27,625 nucleotides of DNA. Source: a virus. Lineage: Duplodnaviria > Heunggongvirae > Uroviricota > Caudoviricetes. Positions 9,437 through 16,883 of this stretch are shown here, piece after piece. The stretch covers positions 1-27,625 of IMG/VR virus record IMGVR_UViG_2623620506_000008, one strand, 5' to 3'. Position 1 is the stretch's first letter. Each line of letters starts with the position of its first letter. Under the pieces are notes generated by a model. The model had not been told where the DNA came from and did no database searches. It was given only the letters and a program-made list of their open reading frames with translations. The position numbers and the translations under genes were made by a program.

Positions 9437-9604
9437 AATAGGGGTTGTGGCTTCATCTCAAGGCGTCTTTTGACCCGGTGTGCGATGTTTACTTATTTCC
9501 TCACCACTTCAACGAAGGCAGTAACCCATCGTTAGAAAGAAATTAACACAGATTCGGGAAAAGTAAATAGCTCACGATAAAATCGTTAGCGATTATTTAG
9601 CTCG

Positions 9605-10387
9605 TTATCGAGTTATTGCTCGCAGCTGCGATTCGGCCCACGCTTCTTCCATGTCGAATTTGGTGATCAGCCGGTCGTAAAACGGCTTCACTGACTTTTT
9701 CCAGGTGTCCAGAGTAATGGCGTCAGTAATCATGCATACAGCCGCATATGCCTCAGTCGAGGGGATCCGCTCGTATCCGCGCCCGCCGCAGCGTTTACAG
9801 TCGGCCAGCACCGGCACACCCTGCTTCTCAGTCAGGTCCTGATTCACCGCCTTTCCCCTCCCGTGGCAATCGCTGCATGCTGCACTGACCTGCCCGGCCC
9901 CCTTACACTTTTGGCAAAGCACCCTCACGGTCTCCTGGACCTTGATCATCCCGGCCACCTTCATCTTACCTTCCGGCTTACGGAATTTATTGGTGAACAC
10001 GTCAGCCTCGATGAACCCCTGCCCTGCGCAGCAATCGCATTGCTTCACACTGGCGGCGCTGCGGGAGTAGTCTTCAAAAGCGAAGGTGGCCAGTTGGCGC
10101 ATCACCAGCGGTTTAATCCCAGCGTCCAGCTTGCGCAGGGCCGCCACGCTATCGCATTTGGTCAACGCATACTGGGCCAGAAGCTCGATCGCCCTCTCCC
10201 GATCGTTGTTGCTGATGCCCATCTTTCCGAGAAAGGCACTGTAGCCCATGGCGGCGCGTTCCTGGGTCATGCCCATGGCTGCCATGATGTCTGTGCCGGT
10301 CAGTAAATCTGAAGCCGTAGCGCGCGGAGAATCGCTAATCAGCGTCGATTTGGCAAAGTGGTATTTCACGGTGTTTTCGAGGTTCAT
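9605..10387 (-). CDS. Q: Late-gene antitermination protein Q-like
   Basis: 260-aa ORF with clustered Cys motifs (CDCC, CQKCKG, CSDCHG, CKRCGG); sits between nin region and lysis cassette. Confidence 0.7.
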   Translation of the reverse strand: MNLENTVKYHFAKSTLISDSPRATASDLLTGTDIMAAMGMTQERAAMGYSAFLGKMGISNNDRERAIELLAQYALTKCDSVAALRKLDAGIKPLVMRQLATFAFEDYSRSAASVKQCDCCAGQGFIEADVFTNKFRKPEGKMKVAGMIKVQETVRVLCQKCKGAGQVSAACSDCHGRGKAVNQDLTEKQGVPVLADCKRCGGRGYERIPSTEAYAAVCMITDAITLDTWKKSVKPFYDRLITKFDMEEAWAESQLRAITR

Positions 10388-10524
10388 GCAGCAGCTCCTG
10401 CCAACTGGTTAATGCGTATAAAATTGCGAAGAATGCGATAGTCCACCAGCACCGAACCCGGGCGGCGATAAATGCGGAGGCGCAGCCAGCGCATGCGGAG
10501 GATCTCAATCAGTTCTGGTTTCAT
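10384..10524 (-). CDS. Small hypothetical protein, translationally coupled between NinG and Q
   Basis: ATG at 10524 overlaps the NinG stop and its stop overlaps the Q ATG (ATGA junctions); basic 46-aa product. Confidence 0.3.
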   Translation of the reverse strand: MKPELIEILRMRWLRLRIYRRPGSVLVDYRILRNFIRINQLAGAAA

Positions 10525-11138
10525 GCTGCCACCTGCTGTTTTAGTTCTTTGAGTTTTGCGCGGTATTCGTCGCGGATCCGGATGTAGTCGTCGCGCTTCC
10601 ATTTCGGTAATTCTTGCGGGCCCATCAGGGCATCAAATCGGGCCTGGCCAATTTTGGCGATTAGCGCCGGTCGGTAGTTGATGAGATTCCCGGATAGGTG
10701 GTTATTACAGGGGGCGCATTGCCTATGGCAGTTGTCTTCGTTAAAGCGCAGTTCCGGATTAGCACCGGTCGTGCGGAAATGCCCGGCGTGATATTGCCCG
10801 TCATGATGGCGGCCGCAACTAATGCAAGGCAGATGACGATCCCGGTACCGGATGAACTCGTTGAATGCCTGCTGGGCCTGTTTGATGAAATGGCTGAGCG
10901 GCTTAACAGCCTGTCGCCGTTCCGCCTGACGTGCCCGCTCCTCTTTCTCCTCTTCGCGCTGGCGCTTTTTCTGAGCACGCTGAGCATCGGCCCGATTCTT
11001 CGCGGTCTGCGCTTTGGCAACGGCGGTGGCGCACTCGTAGCAGCAGACTACCTGGCCGTCACGAACCGGGTGAAACCATTCGCGACAGCTCTGGTTTGCG
11101 CACTTACGGCGGGGTTTCTTTTTCAGAATGGCAGGCAT
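10521..11138 (-). CDS. ninG: NinG-like recombination protein
   Basis: About 205 aa, Cys/His-rich basic protein matching the recalled lambda NinG architecture and position upstream of Q. Confidence 0.8.
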   Translation of the reverse strand: MPAILKKKPRRKCANQSCREWFHPVRDGQVVCCYECATAVAKAQTAKNRADAQRAQKKRQREEEKEERARQAERRQAVKPLSHFIKQAQQAFNEFIRYRDRHLPCISCGRHHDGQYHAGHFRTTGANPELRFNEDNCHRQCAPCNNHLSGNLINYRPALIAKIGQARFDALMGPQELPKWKRDDYIRIRDEYRAKLKELKQQVAA

Positions 11139-11554
11139 TGTTGTCCACCTCCCTGTATCGCGTTCAACTCTCTACGATGCTCGTTCAGATAGCTGCTCCA
11201 GTGAGCTTGCCGGATGATGGCGGCCTGCTCTTTCAGCAGTGCTGGTTCGCGAATAGCCTTGCCTTTTCGGTTATCGTCCTCCCGGATGACATCGCCATTC
11301 ACATGCAGCGTCTGACATAGCGGGCAATAATCGCGGGTCTCCATTCCCCCAGCTTTTCCAGAGAAGAAGATATTGCCGTGCCACGTTCCGCACTCAGCGC
11401 ACATTGGCGCGTCGCAGGTGAAGATTCCTCGGGCATTGCTGAGGTGATGATTCTCGTCTTCATCAGCATCCCAGCCGATGATCCCATCGCATAGCAGGGT
11501 TGCAGGTTTTCCGCAGAACAGACATTTCGCTGATTTAGCCATGCTCACCCCCAT
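11123..11554 (-). CDS. Hypothetical Cys-rich zinc-finger protein (nin region)
   Basis: CLFCG...CDAPMCAECG...CPLCQ motifs; probable start is ATG at 11542. Confidence 0.45.
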   Translation of the reverse strand: MGVSMAKSAKCLFCGKPATLLCDGIIGWDADEDENHHLSNARGIFTCDAPMCAECGTWHGNIFFSGKAGGMETRDYCPLCQTLHVNGDVIREDDNRKGKAIREPALLKEQAAIIRQAHWSSYLNEHRRELNAIQGGGQQCLPF

Positions 11555-11751
11555 ACCTTCTGACGGAATGCCCCCGGCGTACGTTCCTGCCGGCGCGCCT
11601 CCGGCAGCCTGGCGCTGACGGTCCAGGTGAGATAATCACGGTTAAGGCTGCGCTCTACCTTCACGCCGCGGCGCCGGTATTCCCACATAAGCTCTTCGGC
11701 CTGCTCCGTGGTGCATTCGGTATGGTGAAACCAGGTATATTTCATTGGCAT
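11545..11751 (-). CDS. Hypothetical small nin-region protein
   Basis: Likely start is the ATG overlapping the upstream stop (TGATG at 11749-11753); the track ORF extends to 11835. Confidence 0.35.
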   Translation of the reverse strand: MPMKYTWFHHTECTTEQAEELMWEYRRRGVKVERSLNRDYLTWTVSARLPEARRQERTPGAFRQKVWG

Positions 11752-12347
11752 CACCCCGCGAAGCTCATGAGCTGCGCAGCGGCGTTCTCCGCGTCGCGCT
11801 GGCTCTTGAATGCCCTGGACAATATCCAGCGCCACAGGACATCAAGCGCAGCTTTGTACAGCTGCTGGAACTCGGTTTCGTCCATATTGGCGAAGGCAAT
11901 GCTGCGGGGATGTTTGCGGAGTGTGCCGTCAGGCAGCTGGATCGCGTCGTAGTGACCGGATTCGATGGTTACCCAGGCGCGGTAGGCATCGAATGACTTA
12001 CAGGCACTGATGCTGCCTGTGCGCTTATCAGCGATGCGATCGAGATATTGCTCAGCGGCATCCAGCAGCGCCCCTTCGTTCCCGCCGTAGGAGGCCAGAA
12101 ATCTGGCATAGCCGGTAACCAGCTTGCGTTCGTTGGAAGAGATCGCCCCGCCAGTTGGCTCCCAGTATTCAAACCCGAGGTTCAGAAGCGCGAAGAAGCG
12201 GCGATGGAAAGCCGGATTACGGACCTGTTTGAAGTCGGCCACCAGCACGGCGCCGAGCTTAATTTTTGATTGCAGTATGTCGCTGGTCTCCGGCGTGGCG
12301 GGGATCAGGATTCCTGAGGACTGCTTGATTAGTTGTAACTGCGCCAT
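11751..12347 (-). CDS. Hypothetical nin-region protein
   Basis: 198-aa ORF with ATG start and phage-like context; family not recognised with confidence. Confidence 0.5.
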   Translation of the reverse strand: MAQLQLIKQSSGILIPATPETSDILQSKIKLGAVLVADFKQVRNPAFHRRFFALLNLGFEYWEPTGGAISSNERKLVTGYARFLASYGGNEGALLDAAEQYLDRIADKRTGSISACKSFDAYRAWVTIESGHYDAIQLPDGTLRKHPRSIAFANMDETEFQQLYKAALDVLWRWILSRAFKSQRDAENAAAQLMSFAG

Positions 12348-12429
12348 GGGATTCTCCGTGGCGCATCGTGGTCAGGTTACCGGTTGTTCAGGCCGGTATA
12401 AACATTATGCTATTCAGACACTAAAAAGG

Positions 12430-12723
12430 TCAATTACTGGCTGATAACTCTCTGACGATCTCCACCAGAGTTTCGCGTGATATGACGCGTTCGTCCGTCT
12501 GAAGGCGCTTATAGCCAATTTCTGCGCCAGCAACATTCACCAGCACACGATCTCCTGGCCGGAGTTTAAACGAACACGCGGTAGCGCCATCAGAACGCCT
12601 CACGATATCGAAATACTCACCTCCATCAGAACACACCTCAGCCACATCAACCCCCTTCTTTGCTATCAACAAATTTATCTCTGCCGGCGGGAAAAGCTCC
12701 CCTTCATGAAACCAAGATAACAA
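12430..12723 (-). CDS. Hypothetical protein with no in-frame ATG
   Basis: ORF has no ATG; candidate starts are TTG at 12723 or GTG at 12648 (AAGGGGG RBS 5 nt upstream). Lies 78 bp downstream of the LexA box on the minus strand. Confidence 0.3.
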   Translation of the reverse strand: MLSWFHEGELFPPAEINLLIAKKGVDVAEVCSDGGEYFDIVRRSDGATACSFKLRPGDRVLVNVAGAEIGYKRLQTDERVISRETLVEIVRELSASN

Positions 12724-12800
12724 ATGGCTCTAATTTCCTAATAGGTTGGCCGACAAAGAATTCAAAAATTTTACTGCAGCTCTTAAACCATATCTCAAAA

Positions 12801-12820
12801 TACTGTATAAATAAACAGTG
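12801..12820. promoter_or_regulatory. LexA (SOS) box
   Basis: TACTGTATAAATAAACAGTG matches the E. coli LexA consensus TACTGTATATATATACAGTA at 17 of 20 positions with intact CTGT-N8-ACAG; overlaps a plus-strand TTAAAC-18 bp-TATAAA promoter-like pair. Confidence 0.6.
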
Positions 12821-13140
12821 TTTATCCGTTCGGCTTAAGTATGCACGTGAAAGGCATCTTTGCGCAAGGTCATTTATCTAATTGATTTGGATAATTTTTA
12901 TCGCTACTTACGTGTAAAAAATGATCGTTATTTTTAACACTCAGCGCAGAAAAGTATGCTGGTATAGATATCTTATTCCAATACTCTAGCTTACCACTCA
13001 GGGAGTAGGTCCCTACGCCAAGGGTATATAGAAGCACGGACGCATTCTGTCAGGTTGGTAATTTGTTACTGCAGAGTGTATGTTTCATAATCGTTTTAAT
13101 AGATTAATATCATTTCATCGATCCGTTAAGGCGATCAAGT

Positions 13141-14184
13141 ATGCACGGCTGGCCTTCATACGACCAATGCTTAGAAAAGCATTCTGAAGAAACCATAAGT
13201 GACTTGCACTTTGTTACCACACCACTTCGGAAATTTGAGCTGACCAGTGGCTGCGCAAACGGGGTAGCACATTGCCTATTTAATTCTATAGAAGTAAAGT
13301 ACCCAACATTATTCAGCTATTTGTTAAGGGAATTTATGAAAAGAGGAATGATAATCACGAGTAAAGTTGAGATAGATCAGGAAAATAACTCCGTTAAATT
13401 TAGACCAGAATTTAGCCAAAAGGCTCTGCGATATGGAGTGCTTTATCTTGATGAAATTTGTGTCGCGCAGACCTCTCTGTTTCAAATTGGATTGCCGGTT
13501 GATTGGCAACAACTAAAGAAGGAGAAAATAGTTAATGAGATCATTGGTAAGCCATCGCTCAGCGGAACGGTCGATTTTGCAAAAGCAGCTTTAGATGCAT
13601 ATTCCCAGTCGTTTTCTGAGTTAAACAAACGCCGAAATGAAACTTGGTGTCTCAATAAAGAATTCAAATTCCTCAATGAGCGCATTCCATTTATTGATTG
13701 TCATGGGGAAACTCTAACATTTTTGAATGCGCTTCCTGTGCCTACCGAAGACTTTCCTATAGGTGATCTTTATGAATTCCGCATAAAAAGAGATGATGAG
13801 CGCAAAGAGTTGATGAATTCAATTGATCGACTTAGGCTCAACGTTCTGAAAAGTGAAGATAAACACAATGCACTTAAAGTAGGCTTACTTGATGTTGAGA
13901 GTAATCTCATAACAATGAATCGCCTAATCAAAGAAACGAAGAGAGGTTTCTACCTTACTGATTTTTCATTGGATTACTCATCTAAAGATATGCTCGAAGT
14001 TTTCAAAGGAACATATGAAGCAACCACCACCTCAGGATTCGACAAACTTTCAGCATTAATCTTAGGTATGGGGGCATCACTAGCTTCAGGATTCAATTTT
14101 AAGGGGGGATACAGATATAAGCAGGCAAAACCAAACTCCCCTTATTTTTACGCAGCAGAGATAGTACATAAGTTTGATGTTTAA
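13141..14184 (+). CDS. Orphan low-GC protein, function unknown (moron)
   Basis: 347-aa ORF on the opposite strand to the surrounding early operon; GC about 32-43% against 55-60% flanks; alternative start ATG at 13336 with AAGGGA RBS; strong hairpin just after the stop. Confidence 0.6.
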   Translation: MHGWPSYDQCLEKHSEETISDLHFVTTPLRKFELTSGCANGVAHCLFNSIEVKYPTLFSYLLREFMKRGMIITSKVEIDQENNSVKFRPEFSQKALRYGVLYLDEICVAQTSLFQIGLPVDWQQLKKEKIVNEIIGKPSLSGTVDFAKAALDAYSQSFSELNKRRNETWCLNKEFKFLNERIPFIDCHGETLTFLNALPVPTEDFPIGDLYEFRIKRDDERKELMNSIDRLRLNVLKSEDKHNALKVGLLDVESNLITMNRLIKETKRGFYLTDFSLDYSSKDMLEVFKGTYEATTTSGFDKLSALILGMGASLASGFNFKGGYRYKQAKPNSPYFYAAEIVHKFDV

Positions 14185-14195
14185 TTCTTCAAAGT

Positions 14196-14228
14196 GAGGA
14201 TTCAAATTTTAAGCGCATTTGAATCCTC
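14196..14228 (+). terminator. Perfect 12-bp stem-loop after the orphan gene (terminator or insulator candidate)
   Basis: GAGGATTCAAAT-TTTAAGCGC-ATTTGAATCCTC, 12 nt after the stop; weak U-tract. Confidence 0.4.
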
Positions 14229-14458
14229 GTCTTACTAAGTATATATCGTTTATGCCTAGAGTTTAATTACTGGAGTAAGATTTTCACTGACTTAAAATAT
14301 TGAACATGAGACGTTTAGGTATTTTCGGAGTTTGCGAGCCGACTAAGTAAACACAGCGTCCTTGACGCCCTACACTGACAACCTAACCTAGTCAGCATCT
14401 TTTTACGCTGATTCACTAATTATGTATGCCTGCGCGTTTAAATGCTCATTGGTGAATG

Positions 14459-14953
14459 TCATGGGTTAGTCCTCGCTAAAACTCTGATTCCCTCAGCAAT
14501 GTCTACCAACGTTTCTGAATATTCTCGCTGCGCGTCATTTCCAAATTCAAACGAGCCAGTGTCGTTATCAACACGACCATGCTCGTTATCGAAAGACTCG
14601 CGCTGCTTATCAACCCAGTTCGCAGCAGCAGACACACCTTCACTAAAAGCTGATTCTGTAGGCATGAAAGACAGATCGGCGAAGAACTCACCAAAGCCAA
14701 AGCAGACTGAATATGCCAGGCGGCCATGCGGTTTGTAGCCAGGGTTAGTGATATCCGTTGTTGAGTACGTGGCGGTGATTTCCTCAACTACCGCCTCTGG
14801 CCGCGATGGGTTATCAGACCATGGGATGCAAATCAGGTCGAAGTCTCGCGCCATCGTTCCATGAATAGCCATGGCGTAACCGTGCTTACGAGCTATCTCT
14901 GCCAGTGCCGGGTAAAGCGCGCAATATACTGGTGCGAAGTTAGCTGGTTTCAT
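14459..14953 (-). CDS. Hypothetical early protein
   Basis: Probable start is the ATG at 14953 next to the upstream stop; the track ORF extends to 15034; no confident family. Confidence 0.45.
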   Translation of the reverse strand: MKPANFAPVYCALYPALAEIARKHGYAMAIHGTMARDFDLICIPWSDNPSRPEAVVEEITATYSTTDITNPGYKPHGRLAYSVCFGFGEFFADLSFMPTESAFSEGVSAAANWVDKQRESFDNEHGRVDNDTGSFEFGNDAQREYSETLVDIAEGIRVLARTNP

Positions 14954-14954
14954 A

Positions 14955-15323
14955 TCACCCCTCCCCGTTGATGCGGATACCAGCCATACGTAGGACATGC
15001 TCAACATCGAACCGTGACAGCCATGGTCCGCCATCTTTTGGAATCATTACGCTGCGCTCTGTTTCGTTAATCGGATGGCCTACGCGTGCTGCATAGCCAC
15101 CTGGAAGAGTGACCGTTATATGCCGCGCTTTAAGTAGAGCTTCAACGGCCGAATCGTTATTCGCCGACAGCTCAGCGATACGCCGTTCTGCGGCTTCCAG
15201 CTCATCAAGCACCGCCTCAGCCGCGATGTAAATCACCTGGCGATCGCGGTCAGCCGGGTCGCTATAGCACTCCTGCATCATCTTGAACTCTTCCCTTAGC
15301 TCCTGTTTGTCGATGTTGCTCAT
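14955..15323 (-). CDS. Hypothetical early protein (possibly Ead/Ea22-like)
   Basis: 122-aa acidic protein beginning MSNIDKQELREEF, typical of small lambdoid early-region proteins. Confidence 0.45.
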   Translation of the reverse strand: MSNIDKQELREEFKMMQECYSDPADRDRQVIYIAAEAVLDELEAAERRIAELSANNDSAVEALLKARHITVTLPGGYAARVGHPINETERSVMIPKDGGPWLSRFDVEHVLRMAGIRINGEG

Positions 15324-15826
15324 TGGGCTGCCTCCTGACTAAGCTGCTTGAGATACGACTCAGCCAGTTCCTGCGCCTTGCCGTAGACCTGCACCTGCCG
15401 GTCAAAGTATCCACCCGCCTGGCATTTGGCGTGGATAGCTCCCATCTCTGCGGCGAACTGCGCAACACCTTGAGCGCGAACCTCAGCTAGGAATTCTTCT
15501 GTGGCCGGTGTTTTTGTTGCGCCGCGCAGGACGTTGTAAGCTGCCATCATCCCTCGCTCCGGTACTACTTCATCACCGTAAAACACATCCAGGGCAGCCA
15601 TCATCGTTTGCAGGGTGGGTTTAAACTGTTTTAGCTCCGCATTTTCTACAGTAAGAGCATCCCGCTGCTTCGTCATCTCACGCAGTGCCGCGGTCGTGCA
15701 GTCCAGCCGTTCGGCCAGGCGAGACACCATCTTCGCAATATCGATGATCGCCGTGTCGCTGCTCAGCGCCTTCGCAAACTCATGGCCGGCAGCTACCAGC
15801 TCTTTGTTATTCAGTGAATCGTTCAT
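15320..15826 (-). CDS. Hypothetical early protein, coiled-coil
   Basis: Start ATG at 15826 overlaps the upstream stop (ATGA); the track ORF extends to 15883. Confidence 0.45.
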   Translation of the reverse strand: MNDSLNNKELVAAGHEFAKALSSDTAIIDIAKMVSRLAERLDCTTAALREMTKQRDALTVENAELKQFKPTLQTMMAALDVFYGDEVVPERGMMAAYNVLRGATKTPATEEFLAEVRAQGVAQFAAEMGAIHAKCQAGGYFDRQVQVYGKAQELAESYLKQLSQEAAQ

Positions 15827-16191
15827 ACCCGTGCGCTCCCGAAAATTTTGTGGATCTGATAGCCCTGCCAGTTCTGGCGGCAAACTTCTGCGATTTTGGG
15901 TGTGTGGCTTACCACTGGTTCTGGCCTGGTGCGGGCTTTCACCGCAGCTTTGGCAATACCAGGTTGCTTGTGCCTAACCGGTTTGATCCGTTTTTCACCA
16001 CCAGCCTGCAGTTCGTAAACCGGGTGGTAGGGTTTCCCGACGTTCTTCACCGCTTCCACCAGAACCAGATGCTCGAGCAGCCTGTGGGCCTTTTTGCAGC
16101 CACAGCCCAGCAGCTGGCGGACTTCACGAGGAGTGATGACCCCGCGGTGCTGGAGAGCATGGATGATTGTCCAGAGATTGTTGCTGGCCAT
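15823..16191 (-). CDS. Hypothetical winged-helix-like protein
   Basis: ATG at 16191 with GGGAGGG/GAGG RBS just after the P stop; basic C-terminus. Confidence 0.4.
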   Translation of the reverse strand: MASNNLWTIIHALQHRGVITPREVRQLLGCGCKKAHRLLEHLVLVEAVKNVGKPYHPVYELQAGGEKRIKPVRHKQPGIAKAAVKARTRPEPVVSHTPKIAEVCRQNWQGYQIHKIFGSARV

Positions 16192-16193
16192 CC

Positions 16194-16883
16194 TCACGCC
16201 CTCCCCTCGGATTTCATCTGTTCGTACTTAGCCTTGAGCATCTCTGCTGGTGTGGGGCCGCTGGCTTTAGCCGGCGCGGCGATGGCGCGGCGGATTGGCG
16301 GTACGGGCTTACCTGCGGCGACGCGCTCTTCCCATCCAGCCAGGACCTTGCCGGCGGCCTGGCGCATCTCGTTTTCGGTCATCTGCCGATCGGTACTCTG
16401 GCGTCGCAGCTCGGTGCAGATGTGGTAAAGCACCGGCGTTGGCCAGGGGTATTGCTCACTGGTCGGGAAACGGAACACCAGGCGGCGCCATTTCCAGTAC
16501 TCAGTCATCACGTCATCAACGGTGATCCCCAGCAGGCAGCGCTCCTCCTTGCACCAGGCGACGAACTGGCCCGGAGACGGCAGGAACGGCTTTTCCTGGC
16601 GGCGAGCGACACGCATGCCGGCGGCGACCTGGGCCATGGTGATGATCCCGTTCTCCTGAAACGCCATCAGCCACTGGCGGCGCAGCTCGTTGAAATCGCT
16701 CTGCTCACGGAAAACGGCCATTGCCGCCGGGAACGCGGCACGCAGCGCGCTGAACAGGTCGTTGAAAATCTCCGCCGTCTGCTCGACATCCGGGCGCTCT
16801 GCCGGAGCCTCAGGCATGCCATGGGCGATACGGCGGAAATTCTCGCGGTCACAGTTCGCCAGCTGCTCAGATAGTCTTTCCAT
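16194..16883 (-). CDS. P: Replication protein P-like (DnaB helicase loader)
   Basis: Clear similarity to recalled lambda P (RRIAHGMPE, IRRQW-AF-ENGI-TM-QV-AGMRVARRQ-PFLPSPGQFVAWC). Confidence 0.85.
   Translation of the reverse strand: MERLSEQLANCDRENFRRIAHGMPEAPAERPDVEQTAEIFNDLFSALRAAFPAAMAVFREQSDFNELRRQWLMAFQENGIITMAQVAAGMRVARRQEKPFLPSPGQFVAWCKEERCLLGITVDDVMTEYWKWRRLVFRFPTSEQYPWPTPVLYHICTELRRQSTDRQMTENEMRQAAGKVLAGWEERVAAGKPVPPIRRAIAAPAKASGPTPAEMLKAKYEQMKSEGRA

Noticed and set aside
13141-14184. Possible HEPN-like R-x6-H motif (RIPFIDCH) in the orphan protein
   Set aside because: A single short motif is far too weak to assign a fold; kept only as a lead for structure-based search
14459-14953. 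Possible nucleotidyltransferase motif (HGT...DFD)
   Set aside because: Spacing between the Gly-Ser/Thr and acidic pair does not match the Pol-beta-type signature
16167-16874. Plus-strand 235-aa ORF
   Set aside because: Antisense to the lambda P-like gene, which has clear similarity on the minus strand
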